In this document: piece after piece, positions 47,951 through 57,115 of the stretch | Numbering within the stretch: position 1 is the first letter of the stretch | Layout: the number at the start of each line of letters is the position of its first letter | Assembly (NCBI GenBank): GCA_027491435.1 | Contig: JAOZFG010000017.1 | Span: 1 to 64,000 of the forward strand | Origin: Thermoproteota archaeon | Lineage (GTDB): Archaea > Korarchaeota > Korarchaeia > Korarchaeales > Korarchaeaceae | DNA length: 64,000 nt | Direction: 5' to 3' | Made by a program: the position numbers and the translations under genes | Notes under the pieces: model-generated | What the model was told of the DNA's origin: nothing | The model's input: only the letters and a program-made list of their open reading frames with translations | Databases searched by the model: none

Positions 47951-48814
47951 TCAGCCACCCTTAACAATAACGTACGCGCGATCATTAATCCTTATAGTCT
48001 TCTCCTTGAACTTAGCAGGCCTTTTATCGAATATGTCGTATCCTCTCTTTGCCCTAACCACGTTAAGGAGGTTTCCTACTGGGGATGAATCAACCTCGTC
48101 CAGGTTTATCTCCTGAGACAGTAAGATTACCCTGTAATTCTTGAAGTACACGCTGAATTTAGTGCCGTTGATGGCTACCTTAGAGGAGCTTCCATCTTCT
48201 ACCTTGACACCGTTTATGACTAAGGAGCCTTCCTTAACGGACATGTTAACTCCCTTCAGCAGAACGGCTATCGCGTTATCATCTTTAACGTCGTATACGC
48301 TGGAATTCGCTTGTATGGATAGAGAGCCCCCTTTAATCAACAAAAATACGTCCCTCATTAGGTATTTCCCTTCATCAACTCCACATAACCCTAAATAGGC
48401 CGCCTCTACCTTGGAGTTAGAGAGGGTCAGGTTAACGCAGTTGTACCCGCTAAGCCCGGTTAGATTGGGAGGGGCTAACGTCCCGTTCCTGAACTCTAGA
48501 TTATAGATTCCTGAGTTATTATGGGCCTTGACAAAAAGGATTGTAGGTCCTCCCCCCAACAGATTCAGTGAAATTATCCAGAACATTAACAGGGCTAAGA
48601 AAGATGAGCCGGCTCCCTCCCTGTAGATCTTCGTCAGCCCCATGTCCCCTAGCTTCGATCCCCAAGCCTTCAAACTCATTGGAACGGACAAAAAGAACGC
48701 TAACACGTAAAGGCTGAGTCCCTCAGCTGGACTTAGATTAAGAATTCCGCTTACCATGCCCACAATAATCGCTAAGGCTATTTTTAGTGAGAACACCTTA
48801 TTCTTCGGGTCCAT
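47951..48814 (-). CDS. EMC6/Rab5ip-like 3-TM domain fused to a putative extracellular domain
   Basis: AIIVG.VSGILNL...GL.LY..GAGS.FL..LMFWII.LNL pattern. The C-terminal ~200 aa are beta-rich with many N-x-S/T sequons. Confidence 0.6.
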   Translation of the reverse strand: MDPKNKVFSLKIALAIIVGMVSGILNLSPAEGLSLYVLAFFLSVPMSLKAWGSKLGDMGLTKIYREGAGSSFLALLMFWIISLNLLGGGPTILFVKAHNNSGIYNLEFRNGTLAPPNLTGLSGYNCVNLTLSNSKVEAAYLGLCGVDEGKYLMRDVFLLIKGGSLSIQANSSVYDVKDDNAIAVLLKGVNMSVKEGSLVINGVKVEDGSSSKVAINGTKFSVYFKNYRVILLSQEINLDEVDSSPVGNLLNVVRAKRGYDIFDKRPAKFKEKTIRINDRAYVIVKGG

Positions 48815-48866
48815 CGGGTTGAATGATAGCTTCTATTTAAAAAGGGGACCCTCTTTTACCGGGACC

Positions 48867-50759
48867 ATGAGGCGGCTGACTGGCTTGGACTTACGTCACC
48901 TCGTCAGGGAACTGGTCGGTCTCCAGGGTAATATTGTTAAGAAGATTTACTCTAGTGGCGATAAGTTATTAGGTATTTCAATCTATCCAGGAGTTACAGG
49001 GAAGAGAGACCTCATAATAGACCTCAGGGGGTACTCCTTCCTGAGCGATAGAAAGTGGAGCTGGCCGCAGGTCCCTCCTGCCATAGCCATGGGGCTTAGG
49101 AAGCACTTAGTTGGTAGGAGGATAGCGTCAATAAGGCAACCCAGGATGGAGAGAATACTTGAATTTGAATTCGGATCCAATATTAAGTTAATAGTTGAGT
49201 TGTTTGGCGGGGGAAATATCATACTTGTAAAGGATGGAAGCATAAAGTTGATAAAGGAGAGGGCCTCTTTCTCCGAAAGGGTTCTTAGGGAGGGCGTCGA
49301 GTACACCTATCCACCGTCACGATCGATTGATATTAGAGGCCCGGACGATGTGTTAGACGCTTTGAAGGAGTTTCGGGGAGAGGTGTGGAGGGCTTTAACT
49401 AACTTGTTCGGCATAGGTCCCCCTTACATAGACGAGGTATGCTCATACCTGAGAGTAGACCCCAGGAGTCCTCTAAGCGAAGTTAACTTGGAGGAGTTGG
49501 CCCATCAGGTTTACTCTTTAATTTCAGCTGAGTCCAGGCCCACAATTTACCTGAAAGGCGGTAAAGTCGTCAACTTCTCAGTAGTTCCCTTAAGCACGCT
49601 AGAAGGGTTTGAAGTTAAGGCCGTCCCTACACTTTCAGAGGCCGTAGAGATGTACTACCTAGATAACGCTATTACCCAGATTGAAGATAGGCGTGTGGAA
49701 TCTTTAAGACACGAGATAGAGAGACAGAGATCGCTGAAGGAGGGCTACTTGAGGAAAGCTGAGGAGCTTAGGAGAAAAGGGGATCTAATCTATCAGAACA
49801 TCTATTACCTAAAAGGGGTTCTAGAGGATGTGAGGAAGGGGTTAGCCCCTAAGGGAGTCGTCTCCCTGAATAAAAAGGAGCACAGAGTGGTAGTCAGCGT
49901 GAATGGTGTGAACGTTGAGATGGACTTCCTGAAGAGCCCGCAGGAAAACGCCGCTGATTACTACAACAAAGCCAAAAAGCTAGAGGAGAAAGCCTCCAAG
50001 ATAGATGGAGTGGTTGAGTCCTTAAGTAAGAGAATGGAAGAGCTTGCCAGGGAAGTTGAGGAGAGAGCTGAGGCTTATAGACCTAAGAAGAGGAGGAAGA
50101 AGAGGTGGTTTGAGAGGTTCAGATGGTTCTACACAAGCTCGGGAAAGCTGGTTCTCATAGGCAGGGATCAACAGACTAACAGTGAGCTAGTATCCAGATA
50201 CTTAGAGGATGAAGATCTTTTCTTTCACGTTGACATGCCTGGCGGGGCTGTGGTCATACTAAAGTCCTCGGGCGAACCTGATGAAGACTCCATAGAGCAA
50301 GCAGCCGCTGCTGCAGGAGTTTACTCAAGGGCTTGGCGAGAGGGCCTCTCCGTCGCCGACGTTTACTATGTTACAGGTAAGCAGGTCTCCAGACACGCTC
50401 CTTCCGGCCTTTACGTGCCCAAAGGAAGCTTCTACATATCAGGAAGGAGGAATTACGTTAGAGTAAAGTTAGTCATATGCGTCGGCTTTCAAGAGGTTGA
50501 AGGGGAACTTAGGGTGACAGCCGCCCCGCCAGGAGTTCCTCTGGTAGGCAAAATATGTCTAGCACCGGGCTTTATCAGTAAGGAGGAGATCTCAAAATTT
50601 TTAGTAAAACTCCTTAATGAAAAACTCGGACGTGTGATGCATGGGTCAGCCACTGATAAGTCTAAAAGGGAGACCCAACAGATTAATGATGGGATCATAG
50701 TAACAGTAGATGATGTGATGAGGATCCTTCCATCAGGTAGATTCAAGGTCTTGGAGTGA
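48867..50759 (+). CDS. rqcH: Ribosome quality-control factor RqcH/Rqc2 (NEMF/NFACT family)
   Basis: LRKHL.G, Q...ERI, LIVELFGGGN, ENA..YY.KAKK, WFERFRWF, GRD...N and PSG.Y.PKGSF.I.G motifs. ATG at 48867 follows TATA TATTTAAA. Confidence 0.93.
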   Translation: MRRLTGLDLRHLVRELVGLQGNIVKKIYSSGDKLLGISIYPGVTGKRDLIIDLRGYSFLSDRKWSWPQVPPAIAMGLRKHLVGRRIASIRQPRMERILEFEFGSNIKLIVELFGGGNIILVKDGSIKLIKERASFSERVLREGVEYTYPPSRSIDIRGPDDVLDALKEFRGEVWRALTNLFGIGPPYIDEVCSYLRVDPRSPLSEVNLEELAHQVYSLISAESRPTIYLKGGKVVNFSVVPLSTLEGFEVKAVPTLSEAVEMYYLDNAITQIEDRRVESLRHEIERQRSLKEGYLRKAEELRRKGDLIYQNIYYLKGVLEDVRKGLAPKGVVSLNKKEHRVVVSVNGVNVEMDFLKSPQENAADYYNKAKKLEEKASKIDGVVESLSKRMEELAREVEERAEAYRPKKRRKKRWFERFRWFYTSSGKLVLIGRDQQTNSELVSRYLEDEDLFFHVDMPGGAVVILKSSGEPDEDSIEQAAAAAGVYSRAWREGLSVADVYYVTGKQVSRHAPSGLYVPKGSFYISGRRNYVRVKLVICVGFQEVEGELRVTAAPPGVPLVGKICLAPGFISKEEISKFLVKLLNEKLGRVMHGSATDKSKRETQQINDGIIVTVDDVMRILPSGRFKVLE

Positions 50760-50765
50760 TAAAAT

Positions 50766-51257
50766 ATGTGGGCCCTGATACCCCCTGATGAGGATGAGGA
50801 GGCGAGGGTTAGGCTTACAGTATCAGATATAATGAACAGGAACATAGTTTACGTGGAGCCAGAGGACAGCGTGTACAAAGCTGCAAAGCTAATGAAGGAG
50901 CATGGCATCGGTTCCGTTGTGGTCCTCAAGAGCGGAGAGTTAAAGGGATTAGTCACTGAGAGGGACCTCATAACAAGGTACATAGCTAAGGGCGATGGGA
51001 GGAGGCCTGAAGACGTTAAGGTAAGTGAGGTCATGACGTCTAACCCGGTAGTAGTTAAGGAAAACACGGAGGTGGACGAAGCCGCCAGGCTTATGGTGGA
51101 GAAGAATATAAGGCGTCTCCTCGTGGTTAACTCATCTGGAAAGCTTGTAGGAATAGTATCAAGTCGGGACATAATCAGAATAGCTCCTCACATATGGTTT
51201 ATCCTATCGGAGAAGCTTAGGATGGCCAGGTCCAAGAGGGGGTGGAGCCTTATCTAA
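50766..51257 (+). CDS. CBS-domain pair protein
   Basis: V.DIM, IGSVVV..GLVTERD and IRRL.VV..GIVS.RD motifs. Confidence 0.92.
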   Translation: MWALIPPDEDEEARVRLTVSDIMNRNIVYVEPEDSVYKAAKLMKEHGIGSVVVLKSGELKGLVTERDLITRYIAKGDGRRPEDVKVSEVMTSNPVVVKENTEVDEAARLMVEKNIRRLLVVNSSGKLVGIVSSRDIIRIAPHIWFILSEKLRMARSKRGWSLI

Positions 51258-51273
51258 CCCCCACGATCCCCCT

Positions 51274-52119
51274 GTGGAGGGTGGTGTCTTGAGGAAGGTT
51301 AGGGATTACATGAGTAGGAATGTCGTTTTTGTCAGGCCTACAGACACCTTGGGAAAGGCCAGGAATTTAATGTTAGAAAACAGGATAAGGCGTCTCGTGG
51401 TGGTCGATAACGGGAAGGTTGTGGGGATAATCACTGCCTTTGACATAGCTAAAGCCCTCTCTAGGAGGGGAGCCCCCTGGAGGTGGAGGAACCCAGAGAG
51501 CTCCCTGGTGGAGAGGTTTATGGCCCCAAACCCCGTGACGATAGAGCCTGAGTCCAGCGTGTTCTCTGCTGCCGAGCTAATGCATGAACGCAGAGTAGGA
51601 GGACTACCTGTTGTGGATAACGGCACCCTGGAGGGCATTATAACTGAGACCGACGTGACTCGGTTCTACGCTGAAAACTTGCACGGCAGGTTTAGGGTTA
51701 GGGAGCTCATGGACGAGGACTACGTTACGGTCACGCCCAACGCTAACCTGAAAAGGGTAGCTAAGCTGATAACCAAGGACAGGAAAGGTCATGTCTTGGT
51801 GGTAGACAGCTCAGGAAGGCTTCTGGGAATAGTGACTGAGGGAGATCTAGCGTTGTGGGAACCTTCGCTAGCTAGGAAGTACGTGCTTATCCCCTCCAAG
51901 ACTGGAAGGATGTCCAAGGACTTGAGGGCAAAGACGGTGGAGCAGATAATGAGAAGGGTTGACGTGACTCTATCCACGGAAGATGACGCCAGTAAGGCGG
52001 CTAGAATGCTCATAGAGTGGGGATTAAACGTCTTTCCAGTTGTAAACAGTTCTGGGAAGATAGTGGGCGTTATAGATAAGAAGACTATAGTGAGGGGTGT
52101 CGTGAATGCGTCTAACTGA
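51274..52119 (+). CDS. Four-CBS-domain protein
   Basis: Repeated CBS motifs (RRLVVV..GIIT..D; GGLPVV..GIITETD; GIVTEGD; FPVV..G.I). Confidence 0.92.
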   Translation: MEGGVLRKVRDYMSRNVVFVRPTDTLGKARNLMLENRIRRLVVVDNGKVVGIITAFDIAKALSRRGAPWRWRNPESSLVERFMAPNPVTIEPESSVFSAAELMHERRVGGLPVVDNGTLEGIITETDVTRFYAENLHGRFRVRELMDEDYVTVTPNANLKRVAKLITKDRKGHVLVVDSSGRLLGIVTEGDLALWEPSLARKYVLIPSKTGRMSKDLRAKTVEQIMRRVDVTLSTEDDASKAARMLIEWGLNVFPVVNSSGKIVGVIDKKTIVRGVVNASN

Positions 52120-52897
52120 TCCCGTATCATCTGTGATGAGGAGCCCTGTTATAACCATTGATAAGGGATCTGAGGTGGGAGAGGCCCTAGAGCTCATGGA
52201 GAGAGAGGGGATAAATCACCTGGTGGTAACCTCAGGCGACAGGGTAGTGGGGGTCGTAAGCGTTAGGGATATAATGGAGGGCCTTGGATCTTCCAGATTT
52301 GGCAAGATACCGGCTAGAAGGATTTACGTGAGCTCCGTGATGACTGAACCGCCGATCACTATAGAGGTGAACAACAGCATAAGGGAGGCGATAGAGACCA
52401 TGTTAAGCAAGGGTATTAGCTCCCTACCAGTGATAGATGACGGTCAGCTGGCAGGCATAGTCACCGAAACTGACCTGATAAGGTACATGGACAGGGATGA
52501 TGATATATCAGGCCTTGTAAAGGCAGACCATCCTAAGGTGATGCCCACTGACAGGATAGTGCATGCCAGAAACATAATGTTGGAGAGGGGTGCTAGAATC
52601 CTGCCAGTGGTTGATCAGGGTAAACTGGTGGGGCTTGTGACTGAAATTTCATTAGCCAAGGCGTTTTATGATATAAGAGAGGAGATAGACCCAACTTATA
52701 TGGATAACGTGGCCAGAAGGGTTCTTGTCGAGGACATAATGGTTGAGGCTCCTAAGAAGGCTGTAAAGGGACAAAGGCTTAAGGCTGTGAGGGACCTGTT
52801 CGTGAAAACGGGACTTCCAGCTATACCAGTGGTCGGCGAAGACAACTCGGTGGTTGGGGTGATAAGCAGGAAGAGCCTCCTCAGGCTCCTGTTATAG
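52106..52897 (+). CDS. Four-CBS-domain protein
   Basis: Repeated CBS motifs (SSLPVI..GIVTETD; ILPVV..GLVTE; AIPVV..GVIS). Confidence 0.92.
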   Translation: MRLTDPVSSVMRSPVITIDKGSEVGEALELMEREGINHLVVTSGDRVVGVVSVRDIMEGLGSSRFGKIPARRIYVSSVMTEPPITIEVNNSIREAIETMLSKGISSLPVIDDGQLAGIVTETDLIRYMDRDDDISGLVKADHPKVMPTDRIVHARNIMLERGARILPVVDQGKLVGLVTEISLAKAFYDIREEIDPTYMDNVARRVLVEDIMVEAPKKAVKGQRLKAVRDLFVKTGLPAIPVVGEDNSVVGVISRKSLLRLLL

Positions 52898-53720
52898 GGT
52901 CCAGCAGCATGCCCAGAAGGCCTAAGAACATCGCCAATTTCAGCATAGAGCTCACATTCCTCGCATTTTCTACCCTCAGCTCCGCCCCCTTAATTGCGAC
53001 TTTTATCAGAATAAGTGAGGAGAGTACCACAGAGAGTATTGCGTAAGTCATGCCGACCATGCCCATTGCCAGGGGGATTGCTGATAGAAATGCTGAAGCT
53101 ACCGCCAGCAGGGCCACAACCCGCCCTGACCTCTTAAAGCCGTACCTTACTGCGAAGGTCTTAAGGCCATAGGCCTTATCTCCCTCTATATCTTCTACAG
53201 TTTTCACTATCTCTCTGGCCAAGTTTGAAGTGAAGGCCACCGAGGAGAAGAGGACTACCTTGAGGTTTAACTCTCCAGCGGCCAAGGAGCCGAATATTAA
53301 GGTGAAGGCTACTCCCAAGCTCACCAGCACGTTACCAGGCAATCCGGTTCCCTTCAGCTTCCAGGCGTAAATGTACCAGGCTATTGAGAAGAGCGCCGCT
53401 ATGACCACCTCCTCCAGGCCAAGAGTAACAGAGGTTAATACTCCTGCGATAGAGAATATCACGTATACTAGCTTAGCTTCCTCTAAGGACATTTGCCCTG
53501 AGGGTATTGGCCTGTCCGGTTTGTTAATTTTATCTATGGGAGCGTCGAAGTAGTCGTTTATCGCGTTGCCTCCCATCAGCACAAGGGGAGGAACCGCTGC
53601 AGCTAATAAGAGGCGCCAGTTTAATTCTGTAGTTACAGCAAGCCAACCAACAATTACGCCTATAGCAGACATTATAGCGTTCTTAGGCCTTAAGAGTCTC
53701 AGCAAACCCTTCAGAGTCAT
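52881..53720 (-). CDS. Digeranylgeranylglyceryl phosphate synthase (UbiA family)
   Basis: RPKN, GNAINDYFD..IDKINKP.RPIPSG, YAWKLK..GN and REIVK.VEDIEGD motifs. Confidence 0.92.
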   Translation of the reverse strand: MTLKGLLRLLRPKNAIMSAIGVIVGWLAVTTELNWRLLLAAAVPPLVLMGGNAINDYFDAPIDKINKPDRPIPSGQMSLEEAKLVYVIFSIAGVLTSVTLGLEEVVIAALFSIAWYIYAWKLKGTGLPGNVLVSLGVAFTLIFGSLAAGELNLKVVLFSSVAFTSNLAREIVKTVEDIEGDKAYGLKTFAVRYGFKRSGRVVALLAVASAFLSAIPLAMGMVGMTYAILSVVLSSLILIKVAIKGAELRVENARNVSSMLKLAMFLGLLGMLLDPITGA

Positions 53721-53781
53721 TTTCCAATAGAACGTTGAGAACTTATTTTTATAATAACCATTAGTTTCGAGGTGTCCTCAG

Positions 53782-54723
53782 TTGGTAGTCAGGGTAGGAG
53801 TTATAGGTTGTGGTTGGTTCGGGTCAGCGCACGCTAGGGTCTACAGGCAGATAGGCGAAGCTGAACTAGTAGCCGTAATGGATAAGGATCCTGTAGCCGC
53901 TAGGAGGTTGGGTGAGCTTTACCACATAAATTATTACACGTCCATAGAGGAGATGTTCCGTAAGGAGGAGCTAGACGCTGTTAGCGTGGTGGTTACTCCA
54001 CAGAAACTGTTCGAAACTTCTATGAAGGTTATAGAGCATGGAGCCTCTCTGCTAGTTGAGAAGCCGGTAGTCGTCAGCAGGGATGAGCTATCTAAGTTCG
54101 TGAACGCTGTGAAGAGGAGTGACGTGATATTCATGCCGGGCTTTATTGAACTCTTTAACCTAGCGGTTGTTAAGGCTAAGGAGCTGATGGATAGGGGTGA
54201 GATTGGCGAGATACTGGCCTTGTGGTCCAGGAGGGTAGGGAGAACTCCTAAGAAAAAGCTAGGATGGAAGATAGGCGTCTCTCTTGACTTAGCGGTGCAT
54301 GAAGTCTACGTTTACAACAGATTAATGGGGGGTAGGCCGAACCACATCGCCTCCTTCACCGCCAAGGTGTTAAACGAGGGAGGTGAGGGCGAAGACTTGG
54401 CCATCTTCATAATGGAATACGGAAGAGTTGTGGGCAGCATAGAGACCAACTGGTTAACCCCCGTGGGCATAAGAGAGCTCCTAATATCTGGAGAGACAGG
54501 TACCTTGATAGTTAACTACGTGAATCAGGCTGTTGAGGTGAACAAGGGTGACGTAAGCGTGATCCCTAAGTACAGGAAAAAGGAGACTCTCTTGAGCGAA
54601 TTAGAGTATTTCGTGACTCACGTTAAGATGGGTGAGAGACCAGATATAGGCATAGAGATGACTAAGGAGGTTTTAGGAACGTTATTTGACGGATTGGAGA
54701 GCAGCATACCGCTGGGGAAATAA
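53782..54723 (+). CDS. Gfo/Idh/MocA-family NAD(P) oxidoreductase (possible sugar-nucleotide dehydrogenase)
   Basis: VGVIGCG..G..H, LLVEKP, GV.LDLAVH and NWLTP motifs. Confidence 0.88.
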   Translation: MVVRVGVIGCGWFGSAHARVYRQIGEAELVAVMDKDPVAARRLGELYHINYYTSIEEMFRKEELDAVSVVVTPQKLFETSMKVIEHGASLLVEKPVVVSRDELSKFVNAVKRSDVIFMPGFIELFNLAVVKAKELMDRGEIGEILALWSRRVGRTPKKKLGWKIGVSLDLAVHEVYVYNRLMGGRPNHIASFTAKVLNEGGEGEDLAIFIMEYGRVVGSIETNWLTPVGIRELLISGETGTLIVNYVNQAVEVNKGDVSVIPKYRKKETLLSELEYFVTHVKMGERPDIGIEMTKEVLGTLFDGLESSIPLGK

Positions 54724-54724
54724 C

Positions 54725-55780
54725 ATGAGGGGGGTCTTAGTAGGTAAGTACGTGTACGTGGAGGAGAAGGTGGATAAGCTCTATAAGCAGGGGTTCGGAG
54801 AGCTATCTGGAGGTAAATTAGAGCTCCACGTAGCTGAAGCTACTTACTTAGCTCATACAGGCAGGTTGAAGGTGTATGAAGGCGACAGGGAGTTGGGTGT
54901 ATCGGACCTCCTGTTGATGCTTGAGGGAGACCAGTTCGTCAAGTACGTGGCTTATTCAGATCTCCGTAGGAAGGGAAGGGTTGTCGTTTACGAGAGGGCC
55001 ACTGAGTTCCTCAGGTTGTACCCAAAGGGGAGGAGGGTTGGAGATGCACCCGCCAAGGAGCTAGTCTTTCCTCTATCAGAGGACAGCCTAGTTAAGCATA
55101 AGCTCATACTTGACGTCGTGGAGAAGGTGGCTAGGTTGAGGAAGAGGCTTGTGCTGGCTGTGGTTGATGATGAGATGAACGTCACCTACTACACGGCTGA
55201 GAACTTCATGCCGGAGAAGAGGGAGCCTAGCTGGAGAGTCCCGGAAGGCGAGTTTCGAGGTTACCTTGTGGGAGATAGAGTCTTAGTGGTGGATGGCGGG
55301 TCTCTATACAAAGAGGGCTTCTGGGGCCATCCCCTGGGAGTTGAAAAGCCAAGGCCCGGGGAGTTGTATGATGCTCCTTTGCAGCTCACCCTGATAGAGG
55401 CTATTTACCTCATCAGGAAGGGGGCTTTGACTGTTTACTCCGGAAAAAAGGTTATGACCGCTGAGGAACTCGGTAAACTGCATGAGAAGATAAGGGAGAG
55501 GGGCAAGGTTAAGGAGAGGGTCTTCGCCTACTGGAGGGACTTGGGTTACGTACCAAAGGCAGGATCTAAGTTCGGGGCGGACTTCTTAGTTTACGAGAAG
55601 GGACCCGGGCTAGAACACGCCCCTTACCTGTGCATCTCTGGGGGTGTAGAAGAGGAAGTCAGGCCAGTGGACCTAATAAGGGCGGGAAGGCTAGCCACGT
55701 CCGTCAGGAAGGACTTGGTAGTGTCTTTGATTTCAGGTAACAGGGTCATCAGTTACAGGATTAAGTGGTTCAAACCCTGA
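54725..55780 (+). CDS. endA: tRNA splicing endonuclease, two-unit fusion (structural plus catalytic)
   Basis: The C-terminal unit has G.KFGADF.VY..GPG.EHAPY and RLA.SVRK (Tyr/His/Lys triad); the N-terminal unit is a degenerate repeat. Confidence 0.93.
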   Translation: MRGVLVGKYVYVEEKVDKLYKQGFGELSGGKLELHVAEATYLAHTGRLKVYEGDRELGVSDLLLMLEGDQFVKYVAYSDLRRKGRVVVYERATEFLRLYPKGRRVGDAPAKELVFPLSEDSLVKHKLILDVVEKVARLRKRLVLAVVDDEMNVTYYTAENFMPEKREPSWRVPEGEFRGYLVGDRVLVVDGGSLYKEGFWGHPLGVEKPRPGELYDAPLQLTLIEAIYLIRKGALTVYSGKKVMTAEELGKLHEKIRERGKVKERVFAYWRDLGYVPKAGSKFGADFLVYEKGPGLEHAPYLCISGGVEEEVRPVDLIRAGRLATSVRKDLVVSLISGNRVISYRIKWFKP

Positions 55781-56197
55781 TAGCGTCTTCTGCTTCCCTA
55801 TTGCTATGGAGGCGAAAGTCCTCGCATCTATCCCCTTACTTTTCGCCGTTTCGAGGTCGACTATAGCGCCAGCATTAGTTATTCTAGCATCTTCCAGTTT
55901 TACCATGAAGAACTTACCCCTCTCCTTAGAGAACTTGATAGCTATCCAGCTCTCAGCTCCCATCATGGCTGATAACTTCTGTAGGGAGTCAACCTCTTCC
56001 TTCCTTATGTAAACGTAATCCTTAGAGGTCGTCTTAACCTCTATCACGAATATCCTGCCGTCAACGGCTGCTATCAGGTCTGTTGATGGGTGGCTTGTGG
56101 AACCGCTTCCCGCCACCCTTAGGGTGGCCAGCCCGCCCCTCCAGAAGAGGTCCATTAGCTCCCTTTCGGCCCTTATGCCTTTGGCCTTCCTCCTCAT
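55733..56197 (-). CDS. hjc: Holliday junction resolvase Hjc
   Basis: KG...ERELM..R.AGSG..DLIA..IEVK.T. Confidence 0.93.
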   Translation of the reverse strand: MRRKAKGIRAERELMDLFWRGGLATLRVAGSGSTSHPSTDLIAAVDGRIFVIEVKTTSKDYVYIRKEEVDSLQKLSAMMGAESWIAIKFSKERGKFFMVKLEDARITNAGAIVDLETAKSKGIDARTFASIAIGKQKTLSGFEPLNPVTDDPVT

Positions 56198-56198
56198 T

Positions 56199-57098
56199 TC
56201 ATTCGCCCGTCAAGCGAATGGCGCCTTCCGAGGTCACTAGTACAGTGTCCTCGTATTGAGCCACCACTTTACCGGAGTGTTCCACCAGGGGAGGGTAAGC
56301 TATAAGAGCCCCCCTCCTTACTAGCCTGAGCAGGGCGTAATTAACCCTGTGTCCTAGCTCACTCACCAGCCACCTTTCACAAAACGGAAGCTTTGAGAAC
56401 TTGTTTATTGCTAGCTTTTGAATCTTCCTTTCAATCTCATCCCTAGTACCTACCTTCTTCCTGATGGAGAAGATGTACGGCTCCCCTTGCTGTACCACCT
56501 CACCCCTAGCATTTGGAAGCGTTGCGAACGGCTCTATAGCAAAAACATCCCCTTCTTTAAACTTGTAGACTCCTCTGACAGGGACGTTAGGTATATCTAC
56601 ACCTGCATGAAGCTTGAAAGGCTCTATCTTGTGCCCTGACAGGTTTCTTATCGGCTTGAAGCCCGCTGATACTATGGTATCGTAGATAACCTCGCTGACA
56701 TCCCTCACCCTAACCCCAGGCTTAATAACGCTTATCGCCTTATCCAAGGCATCCCTAACGACCTCGGATAGCTCAACTAAGTTGTCATCCAGAACAGCCG
56801 GCCTCGCCATGTCCACGATTAACCCTCCTGAGTGGGCCCCAGCGTCCAGCTTAATTATCCCGGGTATTATTCTGAGGTCGTCTTCTGGAGGAGAGGTGTA
56901 GTGGGCGGCCGTCTCGTTAATTGACAGGTTCGTTGGAAAGGCTGGTTTGAATCCAGCCTCAACTATCCTCCGTTCCACCTCTTCAACTATGGAGATTACT
57001 AGATCGCCCTCTTGTATTCTGGAGGCCACGTCTTTAACGATGTAACTTACCACTTCCCCCAGCTTAAGGTAATTATTCAGGGCGTCTTCATCTAACAT
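56199..57098 (-). CDS. map: Type II methionine aminopeptidase
   Basis: AFP.NLSINE.AAHY, KLD.GAH..G.IVD, NLSGH, AIEPFAT and AQYE.T motifs. Confidence 0.95.
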   Translation of the reverse strand: MLDEDALNNYLKLGEVVSYIVKDVASRIQEGDLVISIVEEVERRIVEAGFKPAFPTNLSINETAAHYTSPPEDDLRIIPGIIKLDAGAHSGGLIVDMARPAVLDDNLVELSEVVRDALDKAISVIKPGVRVRDVSEVIYDTIVSAGFKPIRNLSGHKIEPFKLHAGVDIPNVPVRGVYKFKEGDVFAIEPFATLPNARGEVVQQGEPYIFSIRKKVGTRDEIERKIQKLAINKFSKLPFCERWLVSELGHRVNYALLRLVRRGALIAYPPLVEHSGKVVAQYEDTVLVTSEGAIRLTGE

Positions 57099-57115
57099 AC
57101 GGTGTGTGAATCCTG

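Noticed and set aside
48756-48866. N-terminal extensions of RqcH (and similarly EndA 54686, Cmk 58719, membrane protein 41796)
   Set aside because: They overlap neighbouring genes or promoters; downstream starts fit the family N-termini.
41688-50755. Exact 15-mer ATTCAAGGTCTTGGA at 41688 and 50741
   Set aside because: A couple of 15-mer matches are expected by chance in 64 kb. One copy is inside a CDS and no integrase or element lies between them.
50712-50790. Apparent C/D box sRNA (GTGATGA ... TGATAA ... CTGA) at the rqcH/CBS junction
   Set aside because: The boxes are explained by coding sequence (VDDVMRILPSG; ALIPPDED), the D' box is poor, and I recognise no rRNA/tRNA complement in the guides.
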